Shown here in pieces: positions 1 through 12,476 of a DNA stretch of 64,000 nucleotides. Below the pieces are notes generated by a model that was not told the DNA's origin, made no database searches, and saw nothing but the letters and a program-made list of their open reading frames with translations. Within the stretch, counting starts at the first letter, position 1, and each line of letters opens with the position of its first letter. The position numbers and the translations under genes are program-made. The stretch comes from Pristiophorus japonicus. Taxonomy: Eukaryota. The stretch is from NCBI RefSeq assembly GCF_044704955.1, contig NC_091980.1, forward strand, positions 92,008,001-92,072,000, written 5' to 3'.

Positions 1-491
1 TCCCTTCTTTGGCTACGACAGTGCCAGCAAGCCATTTGGGACCATGTCCATAGTTGATTACAAATACAGGGTTATTGACTTCAATATCACATGACAAATT
101 TGTGCGATCATGGTACATGCTTTGTTGATGCTGCCTGCCCTTGACATGATCATGGAGATCAGGGTGGATGAGAGAGAGCCTTGTTTTGAGTGCCCTTTTC
201 ATGAGCAGTTCGGCAGGGGGAACTCCGGTGAGCGAGTGGGTAGCTGAGCAGGAGTCGGGACAAGCGGTTCTGCAGGGAGCCTTCCGATACGCATTTCAAG
301 CTTTGCTTGATGGTTTGGACTGTCCATTCTGCCTGCTCATTAGATGTAGGCTTGAACGGGGCATATGTGGCGTGCTTGATCCCATTGCGGGTCATGAATT
401 CCTTGAATTCAACGCTAGTGAAGCAAGGCCCTTTGACGCTGACAAGGACATCAGGCAGGCCATGCATGGCAAACATGGCTCATAGGTTTTC
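1..491 (-). mobile_element. Gypsy element B integrase fragment (duplicate copy; continues left of the window)
   Basis: ORF 159..476 has integrase core motifs (GLPDVLVS..GPCFTS.EFKEF). 1-290 is about 98% identical to 15803-16092, including a shared small deletion. Confidence 0.9.
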
Positions 492-706
492 TGTTATACT
501 CATAATAAATGGTCAGATTGAATACTGTGTGTATTGAGCAAGTGTGACCTTAGCTCCTTTATTAAGGTTCCAGAGTGCAGGTACCTCGTGGGTAGCCTGC
601 TTATATACTGTGCTCCCAAGTGATGCTGGGATCCCTTGGAACTCCAACAGGTAGGCCCTCTGGTGGTCAGGTGTGATGCAGGTTATAAGGGATGAAATAG
701 ATAACA
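492..706 (-). repeat. 3' LTR of Gypsy element A
   Basis: TG...CA termini, polypurine tract adjacent at 707-716 on the minus strand. Same family as LTR 19503-19675. Left flank TTTTC matches CTTTC right of 19675 (5-bp TSD). Confidence 0.9.
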
Positions 707-1924
707 TCACTCCCCTGTGAAGTCAACAATACTCTTATTTACAAGGTGAGACGATCTGGGACTTTGCGCTCCCTTGTCGATCGTCTCTGTACAAATGCTG
801 GTGTGGGTAGATTGGTCAGTTCTTTACTGGGCTGTTGGGCAGCTGGCCTTGCCGGGCTGCTGGGGATGATGAGTTCGATTTTGTGGTCAACTGTGATGTC
901 AGTTGCCACTTGTGTGTGTGTTGGAAGGTCAAAGTTGGTGGTGTCCTCTTCAGGTTGTTCGTAGCTGCTGGTGAAGCACAATTTGATCTACTCCCCTCTT
1001 TGGCTGTGACCGTGCCAGCGAGCCATTTGGGACCATGTCCATAATTGAGCACAAACACAGGATCATTGATCCCAATATCGCGTGACAAATTTGTACAGTC
1101 ATGGTACACACTTTGTTGATGCCGCTTGTCCTCCACGTGATCATGTAGATCAGGGTGGACCAGGGAGAGCCTTGTTTTAAGTGCCCTTTTCATGAGCAGC
1201 TCAGCTGGGGGAATCCCGGTGAGTGAGTGGGGTGTGGTGCGGTAGCTGAGCAGTACTCGGGACAACCAGGTCTGCAGGGAGCCTTCCAACACACGTTTCA
1301 AGCTTTGCTTGATGGTCTGAACTGACCGTTCTGCCTGGCTGTTGGATGCGAGCTTGAATGGAGCAGATGTGACATGTTTGATCCCGTTGCGGGTCATGAA
1401 TTCTTTGAATTCAGCACTGGTGAAGCATGGCCCATTGTCGCTGACTAGGACATCGGGCAAGCCGTGCGTGGCAAACATAGTTCGTAGACTTTCAATGGTG
1501 GCCGTGGATGTGCTTACAGACATTATTGCACATTCAATCCACTTTGAGTAAGCGACCATGATAACCAAAAGCATTTTGCCTGGGAATGGGCCCACATAGT
1601 CTACATGGATCCTCGACCACGGTTTGGATGGTCAGGACCACAAACTTAGCGGTGCCTCTCTGGGTGCATTGCTCAACTGAGAGAAAGTGTTGCACTGGCG
1701 CACACATGACTCTAAATCTGAGTCGATGCCAGGCCACCACACGTGGGATCTGGCTACGGCTTTCATCATTACGATGCCTGGGTAGGTGTTGTGCAGTTCG
1801 CAAATAAATGTGTCTCTGCCTTTCTTGGGCAAGACTACGCAATTGCCCCACAAAAGACAGTCCGTCTGCAGGGACAGATCATCTTTGCGTCTGTGGAACA
1901 GCTTAATCGCATCCTGCATCTCCA
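707..1924 (-). mobile_element. Gypsy element A integrase region (duplicate copy), disrupted
   Basis: ORFs 1632..1919 (HHCC zinc finger region, WWPGID) and 816..1595 (rve core). 1310-1924 is nearly identical to 16103-16715. Confidence 0.9.
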
Positions 1925-3775
1925 GAGGTCGTCAGCCTTTGGTACTGGGTATTGGTCCTGCAGAAAGAAATGATTGATAGTTACTTTGTAATCACCACAG
2001 ATTCTGATGGTGCCGTCTCCCTTGAGGACAGGAACGATCGAGCTGTCCCACTCATTGAACTCGATCGGTGAAATGATGCCCTCTCGTTGCAGCAAGTCTA
2101 GCTCAATCTCTACCCTTTCTCTCATCGTGTACGGTACTGCTCTCACCTTATGATAGATGGGTCGCGCCCCCGGAATTAGGTGGATCTACATTTTTGCTCC
2201 TTGGAATTACCCAGTGCTTGGTTCGAACAGCGAAGGGAACTTGTTTAAGACCTGGGCACACGAAGTGTCATCAGTGGGCGATAGCGCTCGGACATCGCCC
2301 CAGTTCCAGCGGATCTTTCCCAGTCAGCTCCTGCCGAGCAGCGTGGGACCATTGCCCGGTACCACCCAGAGTGGTAGCTTGTGCACTGCTCCATTGTAAG
2401 AGACCTTTACGGTAGCACTGCCAATTACGGGAATCAGTTCTTTCATGTAAGTTCTTAATTTCGTACGAATTGGAGTTAAGATTGGCCTTGAGGCCTTGTT
2501 GCACCACAGTCTTTCGAAAGTCTTTTTGCCCATGATGGACTGGTGCGTACCCGTGTCCAGTTCCATTGACACCGGGAGTCCATTTAGTTCAACATTCAGC
2601 ATTATCGGGGGACAATTTGTGGTGAATGTGTGCACCCCATGTACCTCTGCCTCCTCGGTCTGAAGCTCTGGTTCGTAGTGATCCTCCGTGGATCTGTCCT
2701 CCTCTGCAACATGGTGGTTTGCAGGTTTAACAGGCTTTGCAGCTCGCCTGCACATTCGTTGGAGGTGTCCCATTGTTCCACAGCCCTTGCAAACATACTC
2801 TTTGAATCGGCATGATTGGAAACGATGATCACCCCGCAACACCAACAAGGTATAAATGGCCTTGCATTCATCACCCTTGATGGTGGACTCTGAGACATGT
2901 GCGGACGTGCAGCTGCAGGCATGTGTGACCTGCCCTGTACGTTGAGATTCGAAAACAACATCACTTTGTTCACAGTCCTTGTAGCAGCACTTGTGTGCTG
3001 AGAGATTTGCTAAGTATTGTTACTGGTGACAATGAACGCCTGGGCTATCGCTATGACCTTACTCAAAGTTGGGGTCGCTACAGTCAAAAGTTTGCGAAGT
3101 ATGGTTTCATGGCCAATGCCAAACACGAAAAAGTCTCTGAGCATGTGCTCCAAATGTCCTTCAAATTCGCAATGTCCTGCAAGGCGTCTTAGCTCGGTGA
3201 CATAACTCACCACTTCCTGGCCTTCAGACCTTTTGTAGGTGTAGAACCGGTACCTCGCTATCAGAACGCTTTCCTTCAGGTTCAAATGCTCTCGCACCAG
3301 TGTGCACAAATGATCGTACGATTTCTCCATGGATTTCGCTGTAGTGAACAGATTCTTCCTGAGGCCATATGTTGAAGCCCCACAGATGGTGAGGAGGATC
3401 GCCCTTCATTTGGCAGCGTTCTCTTCCCCATCTAGCTCATTGGTCACGAAGTATTAGTCGTGTCGCTCCACAAATGTTTTCCCATCATTTCCCTCGAGAA
3501 TTTCTCCAGGATGCCCATTGTTCACTGCATCTTTGGGTTCACTATCTGTATCTCGTCGGCAGTTGCTATGTATGGAGAAAGAGTCAGACTGAACACTGTG
3601 AGCTCTAAGTAAAGTGTGACTTTCGTCTTTTATTGCCGGTCTCCAGAGTGCCACTCCAACTTGTGCGGCCTCCATAAATACCTGTGCTCCCAAGGGATTA
3701 TGGGATCCCTTGGAACTCCAGGGGATAAGCCCTCTGGTGGCTGTACAGAGTAAATACAAGTTTACATATATAACA
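1925..3775 (-). mobile_element. Gypsy element C, 5' half: 5' LTR (3564-3775), PBS, gag, protease, RT start; pseudogenised
   Basis: gag ORF 3010..3330, CCHC knuckles and LDTG protease motif in 2324..2848, RT N-terminus in 1835..2146. LTR differs in sequence from LTR A. Degenerate PBS at about 3552-3561. Confidence 0.88.
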
Positions 3776-5030
3776 CTTTGGTGACTGAACAGTCCAATAC
3801 GAGAGCCACAAACTCTGTACAGGTAGGACAGACAGTCGTTGAGGGAAGGGGAGGGTGAGACTGGTTTGCCACACGCTCCTTCCGCTGTCTGTGCTTGACC
3901 TCTGCACGCACTCGGCATTGAGACTCGAAGTGCTCAATGCCCTCCCGGTTGCACTTTCTCCACTTAGGGCGGTCTTTGGCCAGGGAATCCCAGGTGTCAG
4001 TGGTGATGTCGCACTTTATCAGGGAGGCTTTGAGGGTGTCCTTGTAACATTTCCACTGCCCACTTTTGGCTCATTTGCCATGAAGGAGCTCCGCATAGAG
4101 CTTTGGAAGTCTCGTGTCTGCCATGCGAACTATGTGGCCTGACCAGCTAAACTGATCGAGAGTGGTCAGCGCTTCAATACTGGGGATGTTAGCCTGGTCG
4201 AGGACACTGATGTTGGTGCGTCTGTCCTCCCAGGGGATTTACAGGATCTTGCGGAGACATTGATGGTGATATATCGCCAGCAACTTGGGGCATCTTCTGT
4301 ACATCGTCCATGCCTCTGAGCCATACAGGAGGGCGGGTATTACTACAGCCCTGTAGACCATGAGCTTGCTGGTAGATTTGAGGGCCTAGTCTTCAAACAC
4401 TCTTTTCCTCAGGTGGCCAAAGGCTGCACTGGCGCACTGGAGGCGGTGTTGAATCTCTGCATCAATGTCTGTTTTTGTTGACAAGAGGCTCCCGAGGTAT
4501 GGGAGTTGGTCCACATTGTCGAGGGCCATGCCGTTGAACTTGATGACTGTGGGGCAGTACAATGTGGCAAGGACAGGCGGTGGAGGACCTTTGTCTTACA
4601 GATGTTTAGTGTAAGGCCCATGCTTTCATATGCCTCAGTAAATACATCGACTATATCCTGGAGTTCAGCCTCAGAATGTGTGCAGACGCAGGCGTCGTCC
4701 GCTTACTGTAGCTCAACGACAGAGGTTTGGGTGATCTTGGACCTGGCCTGGAGGCGGTGTAGGTTAAACAGCTTCCCACTGGTTCTGTAGTTTAGTTCCA
4801 CTCCAGCGGGGAGCTTGTTGCCTGTGAGATGGAGCATGGCGGCGAGGAAGATTGAGAAGAGGATTGGAGCAATGTCGCAGCCATGTTTGACCCTGGTCCA
4901 GACGTGGATTGGGTCTGTAATGGATCCATTGGTAAGGATCACAGCCTGCATGTCTTCGTGGAGCAGACGAAAGATGTTGACCAACTTTTGGGGGGCATCC
5001 GAAATGGAGACGGACGCTCCATAGACCCTC
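3776..5030 (-). mobile_element. RTE-clade LINE, 5'-truncated RT/C-terminal fragment
   Basis: Motifs LWSV..FGCPPK, V..G...APILFSIFL, SGKLFNL.RL, ADD, and C-terminal CRVCGSRIGLFSHQ, cut by LTR C at 3775. Confidence 0.88.
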
Positions 5031-5520
5031 GGAGGTGTTCAGGAACAGGAACAAATTCTACTGCCTCAATGTGCAGCTCGTGTGTGACCATCAGCAGCAC
5101 ATCATGTGGGTGAATATCTGCTTTCCAGGGAGTTGCTGCGATGCTTTTATAATGAGATGGTCATCCACCCCACAGATCTTTGAGCCCCAATGCAATGCGC
5201 ATGGCTGGCTACTGCGAGGCAAGGGATACGCTCTGACCCTATGGCTCATAATACCCCTGAGAGAGCCCCAGATACCAGCTGAGCACCCACACAATGAGAG
5301 CCACTCTACTACCAGGAATATCATTGAGCGGATCATTGGGGTTCTCAAGCAGTGGTTTAGATGCCTTGACCGATGCAGTACTTGGCCAAGAGCGTCTCCA
5401 GATTCATGGTGACTTGCTGCATGCTCCACAATCTGGCTATAATGAGAGCCCAGCAGTAGTTGTGCCAGAGGATCAAGCTCAGGAGTCACGGAGGAATGGA
5501 GGAGGAGGAAGAGGAAGGGG
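5031..5520 (+). pseudogene. PIF/Harbinger (HARBI1-like, DDE_Tnp_4) transposase fragment
   Basis: ORF 5035..5412: FRNR..F..LNVQLVCD, PGS..DAFI, G.KGY, TRNIIER.IGVLK..FRCLD, then frameshifted CCMLHNLA and an acidic tail. Confidence 0.88.
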
Positions 5521-6179
5521 ACCATTGGAAGCACCATAGGTTTCCAGATAGATGGCCCGCACCTGGGAGGGGCACTCACCCCCATCTAATTGAAGAGCAC
5601 TTTTGAGAGGCATCCTCCACCATCAGATTCGGCAGAACTGTTGCCACGTGCTTTACCTTCCAGGACTGAGGATCCATTAGGAAGTCCACCATCTGCACTA
5701 AATCCTTTCAACTGTTTCCCCATGAAGAACACAATAAAAATGACCACAAATTCCAGCACTGCCCAATTATCATAACCAATCTTTATCTGCAGCAAAAGCA
5801 AACAATGTAAACATCACACAGCTAACAAAAATTCAACTATTCACCTTGGTGCTTACCTTTAGTGGCTATCTATAAGTGCTCCTCTCAACTTTAGTGCTTC
5901 AACAAAGTACAACCTGAGTGACAGCAGCAGGCGAGGTGGATGGCTGCTGAGAATCAGAAGAAGGCAGTTCAGATATCCTCCTCCTCAAGTGGCTCTGGAC
6001 CACCTCAGACAGCACTATCACAAGGTGGACTAGGTGGCTCTTGCTCCTGCAATGACAAAGCAAGAAGGGTTAGGGTGCACATGCGTTTGACCACTATCGG
6101 AGCATGTGTGCATTGAGACTATATGGAGCTTGGGAGTGAGAATAGGAATGTGGGATAAGGGATCAGGAATAGTTGTGCA

Positions 6180-6368
6180 TCTGTGCATGCTCAATCATTG
6201 AGTATATTCAAGACAGAGATCGATAAATTTTCTGATAATAAGGGACTCAAGGGATATGGGGATAATGCAAGAAAGTGCAGTTGAGGTAGAAGATCACCCA
6301 TGATTTTATTGAATGGCAGAGCAAGCTGAAAGGGCCAAATGGTCTACTCCTGCTCTTGGTTCTTATGT
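6180..6368 (+). repeat. CR1 3'-end fragment
   Basis: Typical CR1 3' UTR (gaatgg...gggccaaatgg...ctcctgctc) ending in a TTCTTATG tail. Confidence 0.7.
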
Positions 6369-6725
6369 AAGGAAGCTGGTGTGCCCACAAAGCGCTAGGC
6401 AATATGTCCCTGCTCTGTTTCTGGCCAAAACTTCTCCCACTCCCCTCCCTATCACGACTAGTACTGCCTCCTCAAGAAGAGTGATATCCCTTGTTATGAG
6501 CTATCTTGTCCTGGAAGAGAAAGAGTGGCGATTGTGAATTTATTGTGAGTATGATGCCTCACATGGTCGAGAAGAGTATAACATGTGTCTGAGGTGAGAG
6601 TAGTATCTGTGAAGCATGCACTAGAGTGGGGTATATAAATGTCAGTGTACAGTTATATGGTGGATGAAGTGTGTTGAGGTTGTGATGCAGTTATTGAGCA
6701 GTGTATTTTTGAGATGTGATCTTAC

Positions 6726-6880
6726 CTTGACTACTCGTGTCAAGTCGTTAATTTTTTTTGCGGCATTGGAGCCATGTTCTAGAACTAATGCTCCTGGCTG
6801 TCACCTCCTGGGCAATCTCCTCCCACATGTGCCGCATTAGCTGCCTCTGTGGCCTCCTTTCCCCCGAGGTTACAGGACAT
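6726..6880 (-). pseudogene. Harbinger Myb/SANT-like DNA-binding protein exon, convergent to the transposase
   Basis: WEEIAQEVTARS.SSRTWLQCRKK, frameshifted into NDLTRVVK, followed by a GTAAG donor. This is the canonical second Harbinger gene. Confidence 0.8.
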
Positions 6881-8140
6881 CCCTCCTCCCATGGACCTCC
6901 TCCACCAGGACCTCCTGTGCCGCGTCCTAAAACCTGGACGCCCTCTCTCTCGGTCCTTGAGCCATCCTTCAACATTTGCTTTTTGTCCAGCCAGTGGAAG
7001 TGGGTGAGTGGAGACTACATATATCGCTCCAAGAAAATTGCTTCTAATCAGTGCTTGATTGCTAAACATGCATGTATCCATTTTGTTGTTGCAAGCATTC
7101 ACTTTGGCTAATTTTAGTCAAGTTTCCTATAATCCTTCAGTTTTCATATGGATCAGCCACCTTGATGAACACAATATATGATGGGCAGGTACAGAAAGGG
7201 TATTATGTTCACAGTTGACAAGCAGTGAACTGGTCTAAATCAGGAGATTCCAGGTAGTTTAATTCAAATTATTTATCCTTCCAAGTACCACAAGAATTAT
7301 TTTTTCCATCCACCTGCTTCATAAGATAATGTTCTCACTTAGTTTATACATAAACATTCTGTATTAACCCTTATAAAGTAAGAGGCTGCAAAATGTGCTG
7401 TATACTGGTACATTTACACACCACAAATATATAATTTATCAAATAAGGAACCAGTTGATTCTGAGATTACTTATTTGTAATATTTTAGACACAAATTAAA
7501 ATCAACTCAATATAAGAAACCAAAAAGATCTGAACCTTTCCCTGCCTAATTATTGAATACTAAAGGATTGTAAAGCTGTAAAAAGTCCAAGGCAACTCCA
7601 GACAATTCTGGAATCCACGGAGTACTATTTCAATCAGCAGAATATTTATTACTTTTTTAAATACACGGAACTTCCAGCATACTTTCTCATTTTCATAATG
7701 GATGACCGTACCATATCTATGCTTATCTTCAATCATTTTACTCCCACTGCCAGCAGGCATTAGGCCTTATGCTACAGGTCTGGGGGAGGATTGCTTTTTC
7801 AAACAAAATACAAAAGCCTGACGAAATACAAAAAATTGCCAGAACCCATAGCTGTTAAATGTAAAAATTGTGAGTCGCAGTTCCGCTGGTGGCAATGAAA
7901 AAGTGTCAAATATAGCTGCAAAAATGGATTATTTCCTGCTGATGAAACAGTGATGGAATCACTTGACCCCTATAAGAATTTAAAAAGTTGAAACCAGCTG
8001 CAGAATGTGCAAGTTTTTCTTTCACAAATGTGATGTTGAATAATTCATCAGGCTCGTTTCAATGACTGGGACCTGCATGCTTTGGTAACACAAACGGAGC
8101 AAAGGTGAAGTGGGCAGACAAATGGCAGTGTGAAGTGATG

Positions 8141-8845
8141 GTGCAGAAATTGCGGTCGGAGGCTTCCCGCGGGCGGATGCCTACTACCTGAAAAAAAATC
8201 GACAAACTTACCTCGTGGTCCAGGAGGCTCGGCGACTTGTGGTCCTGGGCCTCTAAGCGTAGGCCTGCGTAGAGGCTTACGTGTCTCAGGGCCACAGGTG
8301 TTTCGAAAGCGTCCATGGGATCACGTGGACCAGCCCAACCAATCAAAGTAGGGGTATTCCTATTCATACTTGTGGTGAGTTCCGTATGTAAGGAATCACC
8401 ATAAGTATGATTGGGAATACCCGCAAAAATGTTTTAAAAAATTATATATTTAAAATTAATCAAAATGGAATTTAATTAATTATTTAATACAACAATTGTA
8501 ATTTTTGAAAAATAAATGTTCATATTTTAAAGGGTCTAAAAATTTTTACGTTTTTTTTTCATCATTTTTCTATTCTTTAAAAGTCTTACACTGATAAAAG
8601 CAGGTCTTACGCTTGCTTTTATTAGGCGTAAGAATGTCACGGGCATTTGTTGGGCAGAAGTTGGACAAATAGCCCAACTCTCCACCAGCGAATGTCCATT
8701 TACTTCAGATTCGTATGATCTGTCAAGAGGACTCTTGTCAGATCACTAGTTCCAGGTTTTGCCACATGTGCATGCCTAAACCCAAAACTTGCAGGGCCAC
8801 TATGGGCCCATGCACACCTTGTATGCACCCGTAGGGGCATGAAAT
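8141..8845. mobile_element. Harbinger-type MITE (degenerate ends)
   Basis: Similar along its length to 43915-44586 and, inverted, to 40408-41144. Confidence 0.65.
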
Positions 8846-9584
8846 CAAACCTTATACATTTTACATAAGAACATAAGAACATAAGAATTAGGAACAGGAG
8901 TAGGCCATCTAGCCCCTCGAGCCTGCTCCGCCATTCAACAAGATCATGGCTGATCTGGCCGTGGACACAGCTCCACTTACCCGCCTGCTCCCCGTAACCC
9001 TTAAATCCCTTATTGGTTAAAAATCTATCCGTGATTTGAATACATTCAATGAGCTAGCCTCAACTGCTTCCCTGGGTAGAGAATTCCACAGATTCACAAC
9101 CCTCTGGGAGAAGAAATTCCTTCTCAACTCGGTTTTAAATTGGCTCACCCGTATTTTGAGGCTGTGCCCCCGAGTTCTAGTCTCCCCGACCAGTGGAAAC
9201 AACCTCTCTGCCTCTATCTTGTCTATCCCTTTCATTATTTTAAATGTTTCTATAAGATCACCCCTCATCCTTCTGAACTCCAACGAGTAAAGACCCAATC
9301 TACTCAATCTATCATGATAAGATAACCCTCTCATCTCCGGAATCAGCCTAGTGAATCATCTCTGTACCCCCTCCAAAGCTAGTATATCCTTCCTGAAGTA
9401 AGGTGACCAAAACTGCACGCAGTACTCCAGGTGCGGCCTCAGCAATACCCTGTACAGTTGCAGCAGGACCTCCCTGCTTTTGTACTCCATCCCTCTCGCA
9501 ATGAAGGCCAACATTCCATTCGCCTTCCTGATTACCTGCTGCACCTGCAAACTAACTTTTTGGGATTCATACACAAGGAGCAGC

Positions 9585-9672
9585 GGCCGCGTGGCGTAAT
9601 GGATAAGGTGTCTGACTTCGATTATAACCACAATGTTATCAGAGATTACAAGTTCGCGTCATACCGCGGTCA
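9585..9672 (+). tRNA. tRNA-Arg(TCG) pseudogene with a 16-nt insertion at the canonical intron position
   Basis: GGCCGCGTGGCGTAATGGATAAGGTGTCTGACTTCG-A-[TTATAACCACAATGTT]-ATCAGAGATTACAAGTTCGCGTCATACCGCGGTCA matches the vertebrate Arg-TCG body. Anticodon at 9618-9620. The T-arm is mutated. Confidence 0.88.
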
Positions 9673-9701
9673 ACTAACTCACCGCGTGAAATTTTGTCAG
9701 T

Positions 9702-9773
9702 TCCTCGTTAGTATAGTGGTGAGTATCCCCGTCTGTCACGCGGGAAACCGGGGTTCAATTCCCCAATGGGGAG
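9702..9773 (+). tRNA. tRNA-Asp(GTC) pseudogene
   Basis: 72 nt, about 5 differences from the vertebrate tRNA-Asp consensus, three of them CpG-type transitions. Anticodon at 9735-9737. Confidence 0.95.
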
Positions 9774-12476
9774 GCAGTTGTTTCAAAATGAAGAATTTTC
9801 CCCAGATCGGGGGGGCACTGTTTAATGTTTTTTGTTTGCTCCCAAAAGAGTTCATGCACAAGGACCCCAGGTCCCTCTGCACCGCAGCATGTTGTAATTT
9901 CTCCCCATTCAAATAATATTCCCTTTTACTGTTTTATTTTCCAAGGTGGATGACCTCACATTTTCTGACATTGTATTCCATCTGCCAAACCTGAGCCCAT
10001 TCGCTTAACCTATCTAAATCTCTTTGCAGCCGCTCTGTGTCCTCTACACAACCTGCTTTCCCACTAATCTTTGTGTCATCTGCAAATTTTGTTGCACTAC
10101 ACTCTGTCCCCTCTTCCAGGTCATCTATGTATATTGTAAACAGCTGTGGTCCCAGCACTGATCCCTGTGGCACACCACTCACCACCAATTTCCAACATGA
10201 AAAGGACCCATTTATCCCGACTCTCTGCTTTCTGTTAGCCAGCCAATTCTCGATCCATGCTAATACATTTCCACTGACTCCGCGTACCTTTATCTTCTGC
10301 AGTAACCTTTTGTGTGGCACCTTATTGAATGCCTTTTGGAAATCTAAATACACCACATCCATTGGTACACCTCTATCCACCATGCTCGTTATATTCTCAA
10401 AGAATTCCAGTAAATTTGTTAAACATGATTTCCTCTTCATGAATTCATGTTGCGTCTGCTTGATTGCACTATTCCTATCTAGATGTCCCGCTATTTCTTC
10501 CTTAATGATAGCTTCAAGCATTTTCCCCACAACAGATGTTAAACTAACCGGCCTATAGTTACCTGCCTTTTGTCTGCCCCCTTTTTTAAACAGAGGCATT
10601 ACATTAGCTGCTTTCCAATCCGCTGGTGCCTCCCCAGAGTCCAGACAATTTTGGTAGATTATAACGAATGCATCTGCTATAACTTCCGCCATCTCTTTTA
10701 ATACCCTGGGATGCATTTCATCCAGACCAGGGGACTTGTCTACCTTGAGTCACATTAGCCTGTCCAGCACTATCCCCCTAGTGATAGTGATTATCTCAAG
10801 GTCCTCCCTTCCCACATTCCCGTGACCAGCAATTTTTGGCATGGTTTTTGTGTCTTCTACTGTGAAGACCGAAGCAAAATAATTGTTTAAGGTCTCAGCC
10901 ATTTCCACATTTCCCATTATTAAATCCCCCTTCTCATCTTCTAAGGGACCAACATTTACTTTAGTCACTCTTTTCCGTTTTATATATCGGTAAAAGCTTT
11001 TACTAACTGTTTTTATGTTTTGTGCAAGTTTACTTTCATAATCTATCTTTCCTTTCTTTATTGCTTTCTTAGTCATTCTTTGCTGTCGTTTAAAATTTTC
11101 CCAATCTTCTAGTTTCCCACTAACCTTGGCCACCTTATACACATTGGTTTTTAATTTGATACTCTCCTTTATTTCCTTGGTTATCCATGGCTGGTTATCC
11201 CTTCTCTTACCGCCCTTCTTTTTCACTGGAATATATTTTTGTTGAGCACTATGAAAGAGCTCCTTAAAAGTCCTCCACTGTTCCTCAATTGTGCCACCGT
11301 TTAGTCTGTGTTTCCAGTCTACTTTAGCCAACTCTGCCCTCATCCCACTGTAGTCCCCTTTGTTTAAGCATAGTACGCTCATTTGAGACACTATTTCCTC
11401 ACCCTCAATCTGTATTACAAATTCAACCATACTGTGATCACTCATTCCGAGAGGATCTTTTCCTAGGAGATCGTTTATTATTCCTGCCTCATTACACAGG
11501 ACCAGATCTAAGATAGCTTGCTCCCTTGTAGGTTCTGTAACATACTGTTCTAAGAAAGAATCCCGTATGCATTCTATGAATTCCTCCTCAAGGCTACCCT
11601 GTGCGATTTGATTGGACCAATCGATATGTAGGTTAAAATCCCCCATGATTACTGCCGTTCCTTTTTCACATTCCTCCATTATTCCCTTGATTTTTGCCCG
11701 CCCCACCGTGAAGTTATTATTTGGGGACCTATAAACTACACCCACCAGTGACTTTTTCCCCTTACTATCTCTAATCTCCACCCATAATGATTCAACATTT
11801 TGTTCATTAGAGCCAATATCGTCTCTCACAACTGCCCTGATATCTTCCTTTATTAACAGAGCTACCCCACCTCCTTTCCCTTCTTGTCTATCTTTCCGAA
11901 TTGTCAGATACCCCTGTATGTTTAATTCCCAGTCTTGGCCCCCCTGCAACCACGTTTCTGTAATGGCCACCAAATCATACCCATCTGTAATGATTTGTGC
12001 CGTCAACTCATTTACTTTATTTCGAATGCTGCGTGCGTTTAGGTAGAGTGTTTTAATACTGGTTTTTAAACCATGATTTTTAGTTTTGATCCCTCCTGCA
12101 GCCCCTTTATACTTATACATATTGTCCCTTCCTATCACCTTGTGGTTTACACTTACCCCAGTGCTACTCTGCTCTGTTGCCTCCTGCCTTTTGCATTCTT
12201 TCTTGGGGTCCTGTTCATCTGAGCTCTCACCCACTCTAACTAGCTCAGAGCCCTCTCCTGGGTTCCGAATACTCCTTGCATTGAGGCACCGAGCTTTCAT
12301 GCTTGCCTTTTTATTACACTTTGACCCTTTAGAATTTTGCTGTCAAGTGGCCCTTTTTGTTTTTTGCCTTGGGTTTCTCTGTCCTCCACGTTTACTCATC
12401 TCCTTTCTGTCTTTTGCTTTTGTCTCCATTTTGTTTCCCTCTGTCTCCCTGCAATGATTCCCATCCCTCTGCCATA

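Noticed and set aside
492-3775. A single compact LTR element bounded by LTRs 492-706 and 3564-3775
   Set aside because: The LTRs belong to different subfamilies and the flanks do not form a TSD. LTR 492-706 pairs with 19503-19675.
7560-7780. Possible minus-strand host exon
   Set aside because: All frames after the candidate acceptor hit early stops and no protein is recognisable.
7938-7950. CTGATGA hammerhead-like core
   Set aside because: No stem II or separate GAAA box.
9431-9916. 161-aa plus-strand ORF
   Set aside because: It is antisense CR1 sequence read through the two tRNA pseudogenes.
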